From the NCBI GenBank assembly GCA_000004985.1, contig GG738928.1: 64,000 nucleotides of DNA, one strand, 5' to 3'. The stretch's first letter is position 1, and every line of letters starts with the position of its first letter. This document shows positions 24,542 to 35,973 of the stretch, piece after piece. The DNA is from Naegleria gruberi (taxonomy: Eukaryota). The notes beneath the pieces were generated by a model, which saw nothing but the letters and a program-made list of their open reading frames with translations, was not told where the DNA came from and searched no databases. The position numbers were made by a program, and so were the translations under genes.

Positions 24542-26393
24542 ATGTCAAACCGATCTCAACCTGTTGATTCATCAACCCAAGAATCGGAATCACACAAAAA
24601 ACACAAACCAAACTCTCTCACTATTCATCACCTAACACAAGATGAAATGAGTATTGTTTTAAACTTCCTTCACAAGGGTGAAATTTTAATTCTGGCCACT
24701 CTGTGTAAACAACTTTACTCCACTATTTACAATCTAGTGGAGAGTATCATTCATCCGAGAGAATTTAATGTTGAAAATTGGAGTTCCAGATCGTTGGAAA
24801 GCATGCTCTCCCACTACTCTTGGTTAGATGTTGGGAAGAAGACGATCAGGAAAGAAATTGAAGAAATGGCTAATAGAGGAGGAATTGAACGATTGGCTAA
24901 AGTTTTTTACGCAGAATTTGAAGATGCTGATGATGTTTTCAGCATTCCATTGAGAAAAGAGGATAAATATTCAAAAATCTCACAACAATGGATCAAACTT
25001 AGTAACAAATATCAAGATACAAGAAATACTGTTGAAGAGACTGTGGTCGATCAAGTACCTGTTGGATTTCAAGTTAGGAAACTTTGTTTAGTCTCCAACA
25101 ATCCCTTCAAAACTTTGAACTATTTGCAAAATATTGAAGAATTACTCTTACATCGTCGTCATGTGGGTAATGTGGAACCTCTCAGTGATGGATTCAGAGC
25201 AATCATGTTAAACAAGTTGAGAATACTTCGTATTGATTTGTCTGATTGTGAGGATTATATGAAAGCTTACATTTCTGGTTTATTGCAATTGAGCCCAAAC
25301 TTGGAAAGACTTGAAAGTACGAGTTGCTTATTACAGTGGGATGACGAATTAATTGTATTTATATCAGAAATGTGCAAAAAATTGAAAAAAATCAAATTGA
25401 AGGGAAATTCAAATATATCTGATGATTCACTTTATAAGGTTTTTAAAAATCTTCCTCACTTGACTCATTTTGAAATTGAAAATAATGCAGTATTTACTGG
25501 AAAGTTTTTGAGTAAGATTGGAGAGTTTCCACAGTTGAAATTTTTCAAAGTGGACAGAAGAGGTGATGATTTGGTTGAAAGTTGTGCAGACCTACATTTA
25601 GGGGGTGGTATTCTTCCTAATTTAGAATTTTTGGAACTGGGTATTGAGTATGATAGTATCTATGAGAATGAACATTTATTTATTGAAAGTTTAAAGTTGG
25701 TAACACCCAATCTTAAATGTGCTGGTTCTATGATTAATATCTATGAAGGTTATGTCTGCAGGTATGCTCTAAAAACTCTCGAATTATTCGTGAATACCCT
25801 TGAAAGTTTTACACTTAGTACTATTAGCGCATTATGTAATCCCATTATTGCTGCCAAGTTTTTCAAGTTGTTACCAAATGTCAAAACTTTTAAGGTAGAA
25901 GGTGTCTTGACGCTCGATGTTTTAAAAGAATTGGAAATTCATTCTAAAGTAGAAAAATTGACATTGGAAACAACAGTATTGAGCCTTGAGTATTTACTTA
26001 AACTCTCAAAAGTGTTTCCAAATCTTAAAATATTGAAATTCAAAGAGAATGTTTCATCATCCTATGATACACAAACAGCAGATGTACTGAATGTTTTGAA
26101 AGTTATAAATGATGGACATTTCCAGCATTTGGAAATGATAAGCATTTATGGAATGCAATTTCTTGGAAATGATAAGCATTTATGGAATGCAATTTCTCGA
26201 TGAATGGTCAGAAATAAGAAAAGAATTTGTCATGGCAAGACCTTTTCTATTGCTTCTAACAACATTGGGAGATGAAGAAGGGAGCTTTGAATTTTCAAAT
26301 GACCAACAAAAAGATTTTGAGTATAAGTGGCTAGTGTTGGACAAGAATTTATCCAAACTTGACATGTTTCCAAAAAATGATTTTCTAATGTAA
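24542..26393 (+). CDS. F-box/leucine-rich-repeat protein. The frame is broken by a perfect 34-bp tandem duplication at 26129..26196. Removing one copy restores a single ORF of about 605 codons ending at 26393.
   Basis: The N-terminus carries an F-box-like motif (LTQDEMSIVLNFLHKGEILILATLCKQLYSTIYN). The body carries LRR-like repeats (LxxLxLxxC, LKKIKLKGNSNISDDSL, LPHLTHFEIENN). ORF 24542..26203 ends ...LEMISIYGMQFLGNDKHLWNAISR*. ORF 26148..26393 restarts in the other frame with LEMISIYGMQFLDEWSEIRKEF... The unit ttggaaatgataagcatttatggaatgcaatttc is present twice, back to back. Confidence 0.6.
26129..26196 (+). repeat. Perfect 2 x 34-bp tandem duplication inside a coding region; causes a +1 frameshift
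   Basis: Counting bases shows copy 1 at 26129..26162 and copy 2 at 26163..26196, both reading ttggaaatgataagcatttatggaatgcaatttc. Confidence 0.9.
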
Positions 26394-27388
26394 TTCTATT
26401 CCTTTTTTATAATACTATCACATCATTAATCTTTTAATCGAAACAGAAATTGAGATTGTTCCCATTTAATTGGAGTAGTCAAGCTTCAATTGAAATGAAA
26501 AGTATCCATTCTTTGGGTTGAATGCAATTCCACTCTGTTTTCTTCAAAACAAATTTTACCTCCACGAAGTCGAATTGTTTGTTGAAGAAATTGCATTAGA
26601 AGTAAATGCAGCAACCTCTGACTGAAAAGCAAGAGGATTACCAACAGTGAAAAGGTATTGGAAGAATTAATGCGCTAAGAATCAAGCCATAACCATTCCA
26701 CATTTTGCTTGAGCAATATTAATATCCCCTAATTTATTGTTAAATGGTTTATTATAGCTTGAATTCTGCCGCTGCAGTGTTTCTTTTAGTATAGATCAAC
26801 AAACCTTCTTCCATTAAAGTTTATTTTCTTGAGTTCCTCAAAGGTCAGTAATCTTAATACCATGGACCAAATGCACCGTAATCAATCAGCATCTCACTTA
26901 TATATGCGACCTTTCTATATTCACCCAAGCTAAAATGCTTTCGATTCATGAAAAAAACAACAGAATAAAATTTAACGAATTGCCACCACCACAGGGTTTT
27001 GTTCCTCCTCTTCATTCAACAATAAATTCAGCAACATGAACAGAATCAACAACAGAAAACATCCGATGCAACAATTTCAGCATCACCAGAAGGATTTGTC
27101 ATTCCTTCTCATCTTCCTCCATTCATTAAAGAAATGATATGTGCAATTAAGGCACCTCCTCTCTTCCAAATGATGATGATGACCAACGGAGATGCTACTG
27201 GTCATACCAATCAACAACAACAACAACCTAATAATACAACAGAAAATATTGTTAACAGCTACTGGTTATTATTATGTGAACATTAATTTTACCTCGCTTA
27301 ATAACAAGAGTTCAAAAGGCCCATAACAGCCTGTTCAACAAAACATTTACAAATTACTAATAATATTATTTCTGAGGAGAAAACAAGC

Positions 27389-28768
27389 TCGGAAGATGAA
27401 AATGTTCACTCCATCTCTTGTTTAAACTGGAGACGTGTACATAAGAAGTGTGTAAGTAGTTAACATTGTTCCATCTAATCACTAATATTCAAAAATAGGA
27501 CAAAAAGTTGCCATTCTGTTCTAGATGTGTTATTCATGGCTTGGAATGTATCTATGTTGAACCTCGTAGGAAGGGAAGATCATCAAAGAAGTGTGATAAA
27601 TCTCCACAACAACAATCAACACCTTCCCCGACCAATACCAATAATAATGAGAAAGTTGCATTCAGCACTACCAAGTTGATATCTAATGTTCTTAGAACAG
27701 AGTCAGATCCCTATCCAACCAGCAACACTAAAACCAAACATTTGGATAAGAGACAAGTTCTAGATTTATCATAATGTAATGGGAAATGGTCTCTATTTAT
27801 TTGAGAGGAAAAAGTTTGAGGAATTTTTGTCCAAGTCTAAAGATAAGAGAAGAAGAAAATCAACCAACAGATGAAGATTTCAAAAACTTACAAACACAGG
27901 ATATTGTAGTATTGGTTGCTATGACTCAGAATTATCTTCAGTGCTCCAAATAATGTCTCAAAATATTGAAAAAGTGTTGTGTACAAAGATCCCAGATGAA
28001 ATATCTTGATGTCTAATATGAATATTCTTGAAATACTTCTGACAATGTTGGCAAACCAGTTAAAACAAACGAATATTTCAAATCAAAAACTATTCAAGTC
28101 CACTGCCTCGGTTGTATTGAATGGAATCAAGTTGAGAATACTTATTAATGTTAATAGAGACCTTCCCTGAATACAAGAGCGTGCCTTGAAGATTACTCTT
28201 TGTTCAGAGAATGACCTTATCACGTTTACCAATCCACAAATTATCCCACACTTAGCCTCTGCAATGATTAACTTGAGTAATGACAAATCATCAAAAAGTA
28301 AGAATTGTTCCTGATCATCCAAATGAAAAGGAGGATTTCATGATAGGGGACTATTTGCCAATACTTGCAAAAGATTACAGAACACTCACAATTATGGCAA
28401 AACGTTTCAAGAAAGTATCTCTTCTCCATGGTGAAATGCTAAAAGAAATGGAATGCATTCTTGCCAGATATCCCCATTCTCAATCATGTGATTCAACAAA
28501 CCAGCAACATGTTGAATATTCACCTCCTTTTAATGTAAACCCGCCCTTCTCATTCATGAATCCAAATTGTCCAGCAGCAGGACCACCTTTTCCAATGTTT
28601 GCCACACCAAATGCTACTACAAACAACTTGATTGATTTTGGAGTCCTATTAAGTCAAAACAACGAATCAATGAATTTACCACTACAACAAGAAATTAACT
28701 GGGAGAATTGTCATCTACATTTGGATGTGGAAGAGATTCAGGATATATATTTCAACGATTACCAATAA
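27389..28768 (+). CDS. Multi-exon locus encoding a Zn(II)2Cys6-type, fungal-like binuclear cluster DNA-binding protein. The exon model is incomplete. The domain is split by a 47-nt intron at 27452..27498, and ORF 28280..28768 is the likely C-terminal exon.
   Basis: One exon ends ...SISCLNWRRVHKKC followed by GTAAGT...AAAATAG. The next exon reads DKKLPFCSRCVIHGLECIYVEPRRKGRSSKK. This matches the GAL4-type pattern Cx2Cx6Cx6Cx2Cx6C followed by a basic stretch, except that the second Cys position is Trp (TGG). The downstream exons are not resolved. ORF 27508..27774 ends at TAA with no clear donor. Confidence 0.35.
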
Positions 28769-29117
28769 AGCAATTTTTTAATTGTAAATCATATGATGGA
28801 TGATATTTTGAAATGCAATCCTACTACAACTATCGATGACAAGTGAAACAATGATTGTATCTGGCGGTAACATGTGTTTTAGCAAAGGGTTGGGATCATA
28901 ATACAAAACTAAACTACAATTATTTGTAGTTGCGTGTTGTATGTTATTGTAAACTATTGTAAATAACTCTTTAGATATCTTCCTTGCTAAATGTCCAATT
29001 TACTTAACAAGGAGGCTATATTCCATGTAAATGTTATGATAGGATTGACCTAGAAAGAAGTTCATGCGTGGAACATCCGTTTAAATACAGTGAGGAGCGT
29101 GTTTACATGAAAATTGA

Positions 29118-30306
29118 ATGAAAATCTATTCGAAAGCTTTCAAAAAAAATACATCAACAACCTTTTTATACTACATGACAGCGAATTTAATATCATCATC
29201 AACAACTAGCCTACCAACATACAACCCATCACCAACAATTAACGAGGATCCAATACAGCAGCAACAGTCGAATCAATTCTATACGAAAGGCCTTTCCAAT
29301 GATGAGGAGACCAACGAAACTAAACAGACAGAGTTTGACATTTTACAAGCCTTGTCTAAATATAATATCATTGGAGGATTGTGGGTGTTCACATGGTTTT
29401 CATTGAATATAACAATAGCTTTCGGAAACAAAATCGTATATTGGCAAGGGTTTAGTTTTCCAACAATTTTATCACTTTTTCACATGTTGGCTTCGTGGTT
29501 ATTAGCATTCATTTCATTGAGATATCAAAATCGTAATGATGCTTCTGCAGAAGTGGAAATTAAAGCTGAGGCTAAAAAACACATGTGGCTCTATATTGTA
29601 GTGTTTATTTTGAATATCGTTTATGGAAATATTGGAATTTTTAGAACATCATTACACATGTCACAGGTTAGTAGTTAGATTTAATGTATTTTGAGGTTAA
29701 TTGAATGGAAAATAGATTGTGAGAAGTACTACTCCTCTTTTTGTCATGGTTTTGAGCTATTTGATTGTTGGAACGACCACCAGCATTCATAAATTGGCAA
29801 TTGTTTCACTTGTAATTGCAGGAGTGATCATGTCAATTGTAAATAATTTGGAAATTAACATGACTGATGTCATTATTCTCATGATTGGAAATTTATTTGC
29901 TGCTTTAAAGACAGTTCTCACAAACTTGTCGTTGAAAAGTCACAAAATATCACCACTTGTTTTAATGAACTATGTTGCTCCATATGCTTCATTAGGAATG
30001 CTTATGATAACGATTGTGAATGGAGAATTGGTTAGATTTATGAGTGAATATCACAAAGTGACATTGTATGGAGTTTTGGCTGTGATATTGACCTCTATAA
30101 TGTCATTCTTTTTAAACACGACTAATTTCATTGCTAACAAGATGACAAGTCCGCTTACCATGAGTTTGTCAGCAAATCTCAAACAAGTATTGGTTGTAGT
30201 TGTGAGTTTATGTTTCCTTCATCAAGGAGGAGTTACTTCAGTGAATATTATTGGTATTTCAATGACACTGTCAGGAATGCTTATTTATTCAGTGCTTTCT
30301 CTATAA
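29118..30306 (+). CDS. Nucleotide-sugar/triose-phosphate transporter family membrane protein (SLC35/TPT-like, DMT superfamily). Two exons: 29118..29666 and 29716..30306. The intron at 29667..29715 is 49 nt (GTTAGT...AAAATAG).
   Basis: There are about 9-10 hydrophobic TM segments. The two ORFs 29118..29678 and 29719..30306 join in frame when the intron is removed (...FRTSLHMSQ|IVRSTTPLFVMVLSYLIVG...). The overall pattern is typical of TPT-family transporters. Confidence 0.65.
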
Positions 30307-30396
30307 AAATGTAAAGTTTTCACTAATTATTTAGCTCTCTTCTTTCAAATTAGTGACCTAATTCAATTAAATTCAAACCGAAATTTTATGTCATCC

Positions 30397-32130
30397 TTAT
30401 GATTCCAAATAATCAGTCACAAATCCATCTGTTACCAACATTGTGTATTGTCTTTTACGACAAGACCACTGCTTTACAACATCCTCTGACTGTCTCTTTG
30501 TTGCATATGGTCCAAGTATCTCCCAAATTCTAGCATTTCTTGTAAATCCGCCATTCATACCAGCATTCGCAATTTGTTGAACTCGAGGAGAGCATGGTAT
30601 AATGTTTCTCTCATTCTTTTTCCTCAAATCTCTCATCATTGTTCCCAAGAAAAAGTCAAATCGATTCGGAAGTCTAAACCAAGTAAACCACATTCTTCTG
30701 AATAATCGATAGGAAATTCCAGATCCCCAAATGGTATGATAAACTTCTGGCACCACGTGGTCAACATCATCAACACTACACACTTGATGTTTCAATCCCA
30801 TGCTATCATATGGCATATTTTCAATAATACCAGCATCATGCAGTAATGTGTTAACGAAATTGCAAATGAGATTGATACCACCTGGACTAACCAATACTGA
30901 AAGGAAGGGACTCTTTTCAGATAGAGTCAACCTGTACAAGCTTCTATGATAATTGTAAAAATCAGGTAATGGCTTAATGTCATCCTCAATTGTTATCACA
31001 TAAGGATACTTGAACTTGATTAAACACAAATATAATCCATAACTGGCATGTGCAAATAACTTGAAACTCTGCTTAATTATTGCTTTTGCGTATAATTTCT
31101 TGTCCTTTACAAAATTTTGAGAAGTATGCTTGAACGAGTGAAAATAAATTCTCATCTTGACACAATCATACTTCAATAATTCCTCAATAACTGGCAAAAA
31201 CTTGTCACCATCAATTGTGACGATTAATATCGTTTCCTCAATATTTGTAACTTGGCATAGAGCTTTCAGAACTTGATTTAATGGTGTAGTTCTCTGATAG
31301 GCTCTCATCCAAATTGGTAAATGATCCTCTTTCTGATTTTCATTGAATTTGTGTGCATTTAAAACGAAATGCTTTTCATTCATATCTCTTTTCCAACGAT
31401 CTAGAGTTGTATCCATAGCATCCGAAATTGTTGACATTACTTTAAACATTGGATAATTTTCTCGATAAAACTCCTCCAAATCAGTTTCTTGAATATGTGA
31501 ATTTTCAATAATTGGAGCCAAATGCATTTTACCCTGTATCGTTTTATCATCACTCAATTCAATCATGTTTGGTGTCAGGACTGCTCTCACTTCCGAGGGC
31601 GAAAAGTCTTTCCACAAGTTTAGCATATCCTTTGAAGTTACACTGGCAGGAATTTGAATAACTCCCCTCCTCTCTAGTGGTTGAGAATACATAATATCCT
31701 CTGTAAAAGACCAGCATTCCGATTGTTGCATATTTTCCAATTTCGAATATTTGGACGAATTATAAACACTCTCCACAGGAAATGGTGTTGGCACCAATGG
31801 AACCAGCTGTGTATATGATTCCGAATTAGCATCAATAGTAGGCAATTTTAAATTTTTGTATAATGATGACACTGTTTCGTCCCCATCCTCCCTAATTATT
31901 TCATCATCATTAGAAACTTCCTGATGTGGTTGGTCGTAGGATTTTCCAACACTATCAACCAATACTAATCGAAGATTATTCAATGTTGTCGTAGTAGATT
32001 CCTTCAGTCGCGTAGAAAGAGCCTTCATCAATGGAATCCACCACAGATGACTAAACTGCAATACACCGACAATGACCAGCAAACCAAGCAATCCCCTCAA
32101 TATGTAAATTTTTTTCATCTTGTTTATCAC
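30397..32130 (-). CDS. Type II membrane glycosyltransferase of family GT13 (GnT-I/MGAT1-like alpha-1,3-mannosyl-glycoprotein 2-beta-N-acetylglucosaminyltransferase)
   Basis: A 577-aa ORF with an N-terminal signal anchor (YILRGLLGLLVIVGVLQF). It carries an EDD-type motif, VITIEDDIKPLPDFYNYHRSLY, resembling the GnT-I catalytic EDDLEVAPDFFEYF block. A stem region precedes the catalytic domain. Confidence 0.6.
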   Translation of the reverse strand: MINKMKKIYILRGLLGLLVIVGVLQFSHLWWIPLMKALSTRLKESTTTTLNNLRLVLVDSVGKSYDQPHQEVSNDDEIIREDGDETVSSLYKNLKLPTIDANSESYTQLVPLVPTPFPVESVYNSSKYSKLENMQQSECWSFTEDIMYSQPLERRGVIQIPASVTSKDMLNLWKDFSPSEVRAVLTPNMIELSDDKTIQGKMHLAPIIENSHIQETDLEEFYRENYPMFKVMSTISDAMDTTLDRWKRDMNEKHFVLNAHKFNENQKEDHLPIWMRAYQRTTPLNQVLKALCQVTNIEETILIVTIDGDKFLPVIEELLKYDCVKMRIYFHSFKHTSQNFVKDKKLYAKAIIKQSFKLFAHASYGLYLCLIKFKYPYVITIEDDIKPLPDFYNYHRSLYRLTLSEKSPFLSVLVSPGGINLICNFVNTLLHDAGIIENMPYDSMGLKHQVCSVDDVDHVVPEVYHTIWGSGISYRLFRRMWFTWFRLPNRFDFFLGTMMRDLRKKNERNIIPCSPRVQQIANAGMNGGFTRNARIWEILGPYATKRQSEDVVKQWSCRKRQYTMLVTDGFVTDYLES

Positions 32131-32680
32131 GAGAACTGCTTGAAGAGGCTACTACAACATTATCCTCCTGTTTGATGAAAGGCTGCATGATTGTATGATT
32201 ATCGCACTGTGTCATCTTTCGGAATGTTCTTAACAAGCAAGGAAAAGGCAAAAATTGTATTGATGAGGGATATTAAAGGCTAGTGGAATGGTTTTCATTC
32301 AACCTTTTAAAATACACATAATTGTGTTGGGAGAGAAGCAACGAATCATCAAAAAGATATTCTATGTCTTCTATACGAACTCCATATTGCATTGTCATCA
32401 TTGTTAGAAAATCCATTTATTACAATGATCCTATAGGATACTAGAAAGGACGCTACACTAATAGTGCAAGCATTCTAAAAACAAGAATAATTCATTCTAG
32501 GCAATTCGCTCATCGGAGAGTTTTCTTTTTTTTCAAATTTGAAAAAGCTGTAGATTTTGATTTTGGAGGGAAAGTGTTTTGGAGGGATTGTTGAATGTGT
32601 GCTTTTGGTCAACTGGGGTTAGTTATTTAATATTGAACTTTGGAACAAAGATTGGTCAATTTGGTATTTGATCTAAAAAA

Positions 32681-33282
32681 ATGCAAAATGAAGTGTTTGT
32701 GGATTTAAATGCTGTTTTGAAAGTGGACGAAAGTTGTTTAAACTATCGGAATGGAATGGAATTGATAGAAATGGCAAGAAACAAAACTAATGTAAATGAT
32801 CTTCCATTTGATGATCTTCTTCATGTGAGTTTATATTTAAATTGTAATTTCCAATTATTTTAAAGATATTCGAATATTTAGATCGAAAGAGTTTATTGAT
32901 TTCTTCTAGTGTGAATCGATATTTTAATAAGGTTGCAAATTCAGATTATTTATGGATAGGAGAACATGGTTTGATACAAGAAAGTGCAGTGGAAAATTGT
33001 AAAATTTATTCGAAACATCACAAAATTGGAAATTTGAAACTTTGGAGAAAATTCTCTTTTAAACGAATAGATAATTTACAACAATTTAAAACTGAATTTC
33101 TTTCAGAAACGAATCCTGTCCAAAATTCATATCAAACGAATCTATTGGAAAGCAATGGAAACTCATTTAAGGAAATATATGCAATCTACAAAAAACAACA
33201 ATTAATCAGAACAAGAACTCTGAAAATTGAGGGAGATCTTGACGCTATTAATACCAATAAGAGCAATTATACAACACTATGA
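32681..33282 (+). CDS. F-box protein. Two exons: 32681..32824 and 32866..33282. The intron at 32825..32865 is 41 nt (GTGAGT...TTTTAAAG).
   Basis: The spliced product carries a canonical F-box start, NDLPFDDLLH|IFEYLDRKSLLISSSVNRYFNKV. The frame is maintained across the intron. The ORF ends at TGA 33280..33282. Confidence 0.55.
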
Positions 33283-34135
33283 AAGAAAACTATTATGGAA
33301 ATTAATTTATTATTTTTTTGCAGTTTTGATTGGATCTTTTATTTTAGGATTAATTCTTATTGCACTTTCGATGGATGAGTACATTCCAAATGAAATTGGA
33401 ACATATTATTGGTTGATATCTTGGTTGTCAATTGGAATTTTGTCAATTCCTTCCTTTTATGGAAGTTTATTTTATTTTGTGGACTTGGCTTCCTCACATG
33501 TTTCTAATTGGTGGACTAAAGTATGCTATTTCCTGATTCAGAATTATTGAGCTATATTGCAATTCCTGCTTATATCATTGCTATCTTTCGTTTGCTGTTT
33601 ACCCTCCTTTGGAGTCTAGTAAGTTTCAGTCAATTCGAAAATTAATTTAACATTTGACAGTTTGTCCACAACATCAAATTCACTCACTTCAATTCCAAGT
33701 TTATTCTTTGGAATCATGATGCTTTCCCTTCAAATATTCCTCATCTTACTATTCTCCAAAATTGATGGATTCGAATACTTGGTCAACATTCCATTTTCAA
33801 TCATTTTCATTCCCATTCACATTTCCTTATTATGTTTTCCAATTGGACTTTCCATTACAATATTTTTTGAAGTTTTTTCTAGTTCCAAGCTGTTAGTATC
33901 GATTGGATATGCAGGAGGAATTGGCCTGCTACTTTTCCTTATTTTAAGTATGGTCCATATTTCAGTGTTGTTAATTGGTTTTGTTTTGGATTCGTTTATT
34001 TTGCAAAGTGTATTTCCATTTATAGCAGTTTTGGGTTCGATTCTTGGGATGGTTTTGGTGGTGGTCTGTGTTGCGTTGAGTATTGTTGGTGTTGTTTTCT
34101 TGGTGCTTTGTTTAATGAATAATGGTAATCATTAG
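33227..34135 (+). CDS. Multi-pass membrane protein, gene model unresolved. The hydrophobic ORFs 33227..33550 and 33662..34135 are linked by a GTAAGT...GACAG intron at 33619..33660. A single in-frame TGA at 33548..33550 lies between them.
   Basis: Both ORFs are strongly hydrophobic with multiple TM helices. The frame of ORF 33227 stays open after its TGA up to the GTAAGT donor (..IQNY*AILQFLLISLLSFVCCLPSFGV). Splicing to 33661 continues in frame into LSTTSNSLTSIPSLFFGIMMLSL... The relationship to the upstream F-box gene is unclear. Confidence 0.3.
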
Positions 34136-34214
34136 TATTTGAAGAATAAAATAAATTTCTAAAAATGGAAATAACAAATTTAGAATTTTAAAATAATAAT
34201 ATATTTAAAATATT

Positions 34215-34286
34215 TAGCAAATCTAGGTTTCGATCCTAGGACCTATGGGTTATGAGCCCATCGCGCTTCCACTGCGCCAATTTGCT
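34215..34286 (-). tRNA. Initiator tRNA-Met (anticodon CAT)
   Basis: The reverse complement reads AGCAAAT-U-GGCGC-AGUGGAA-GCGC-G-AUGGG-CUCAUAA-CCCAU-AGGUC-CUAGG-AUCGAAA-CCUAG-AUUUGCU-A. A1:U72, three G:C pairs closing the anticodon stem and the AUCGAAA T-loop are all eukaryotic initiator hallmarks. Confidence 0.85.
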
Positions 34287-34450
34287 TCTCATACTACTAC
34301 TCAAAATTTGGAATACAAAAATAGAAATAATCAACAAAATTAAATTTTAATTAAATTAAAATCAATATTACCATCAATATTACAAACAAACATCAGATCT
34401 GTATTCCAATACAAAAAAGTACAAGTTCCAAAGTTCAACCTTAAAAAAAA

Positions 34451-35872
34451 ATGGGAAACTCTAAATCTCGCGCTCTCGGCGCCTTCAGCCCTAATCATAG
34501 AGGCGATCGATTTGATGATGATCAAACAAATAATAATTCATCCTCACCATCAAGATTAACAACATCCGAGGCAAAGAAGGATGAAAAACCTCAACTAGCA
34601 GCACCTTCCGAACAATTGAAATTCATTACGGAGAGTTATGAATCATTTAATAGAGTTTTCTTTGGTGAGGAATTTCTTAATGATGGTGAGGTTGATAATT
34701 CATCGGTGGATTCAAAGTTAATTTTGCCAATCGAATTGATTAGAGTAGTATTGGATTATTGTGATCAGAAGGAATTGCAAGCCATGTTAACAAGTTGTAA
34801 ATTATTGTATAATATTTTGAGAATGGACATGTATTATTGGCCGCAAATTACAAAATATCAAACATTTGGTCAATTGGTGAAATATTTGGAGAGTCACGAT
34901 TTGTTATTACATACTGAGCTGTATACCAATGTTGGTCAAGCTTTGCATTATACTGATCTCTCCTTACCAGTGATGGATATAAAGCGAAAGACTGAATTTA
35001 AACTATTCAAAGGCGAAAATAGTTGGTCCTTAAATAGTACCACATATTCTGCATTGACTTCAAAGAATTGGGAACATCCTGATAGGAGAGGAACCTGTTC
35101 ACAACTCTTTGCTGAGGAATATGTTAGAGATGATATTTATGACATGGATATTCTTAATTTAATGGTAAACACCTTGTTTAAGTTGAGACTTCTCGTACAG
35201 AAATATAAGGTGTCTACTGCAATTCCAACTCGTGTTGTTCCAAATTTGAGAATGGCATTAAGAGATTATAGAAATTTCTTCCATTCTCATCCAAGATTGA
35301 AATTATTGTTGAGCGCAAGAGAACGTGAAAATATGGAAATGAACGGCCCAATTGAGCTAGAATCTAGAGAAGATGAATTGCCAAAACCAATTGATAATTC
35401 TTTGAAATTGCTCTCAGAAAATGATTTTGGAAAGCCAATTGCCTATTCATGTGTATTTTGTAATTCAAAGGTTGGCGGTTTCACTTGTGTCAAGTGTAAT
35501 GAGCTATTATTGATTAATTCACTCGAAGGAACGGCCAAATGTCCAAACTGTTCTTCCTCCATTCAACGACCAAACTGTTGTCAAAAAGAAATGCAACCTC
35601 AAGCGATTGATTGGACAATCCATCCATCCACAACTGGACCTCAATTTCCATGCAAATGCTCAGCCATTGCATGTCGTTGCTTTGCTTGTTGCTCCAAAGA
35701 TTCCAACCCAGAAGGTTCCAAACTCACTTACAATCATTTCTACAGAAGAGTTTGGGAAGCTGATGTGTATACTTGTTCAGCTAGATGCAAAGGACAATAT
35801 TATGATGGAGCATTCTCATGTGGTTCATGTAAATCAACAAGAGGGCTCATTATGGTTAATGTTGATGATTAG
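34451..35872 (+). CDS. Putative N-myristoylated protein with an F-box-like motif and a C-terminal Cys-rich region that may bind zinc
   Basis: Starts MGNSKS (a Gly2 myristoylation consensus). It carries an F-box-like segment LPIELIRVVLDYCDQKELQAMLTSCKLLYNIL. The C-terminus has repeated CxxC pairs (CVFCNS..CVKCNE..CPNCSS..CKCSAIACRCFACCS..CGSCKS). The 473-aa ORF ends at TAG. Confidence 0.55.
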   Translation: MGNSKSRALGAFSPNHRGDRFDDDQTNNNSSSPSRLTTSEAKKDEKPQLAAPSEQLKFITESYESFNRVFFGEEFLNDGEVDNSSVDSKLILPIELIRVVLDYCDQKELQAMLTSCKLLYNILRMDMYYWPQITKYQTFGQLVKYLESHDLLLHTELYTNVGQALHYTDLSLPVMDIKRKTEFKLFKGENSWSLNSTTYSALTSKNWEHPDRRGTCSQLFAEEYVRDDIYDMDILNLMVNTLFKLRLLVQKYKVSTAIPTRVVPNLRMALRDYRNFFHSHPRLKLLLSARERENMEMNGPIELESREDELPKPIDNSLKLLSENDFGKPIAYSCVFCNSKVGGFTCVKCNELLLINSLEGTAKCPNCSSSIQRPNCCQKEMQPQAIDWTIHPSTTGPQFPCKCSAIACRCFACCSKDSNPEGSKLTYNHFYRRVWEADVYTCSARCKGQYYDGAFSCGSCKSTRGLIMVNVDD

Positions 35873-35973
35873 ATTGAAATGTTTCTTGTTTCTTAATTAC
35901 TAAATCATTTCGTTTTAATCAAAATATTATCAAAGTTCTGAAACAATTATTATACAAATTAAATTCAATAGTT

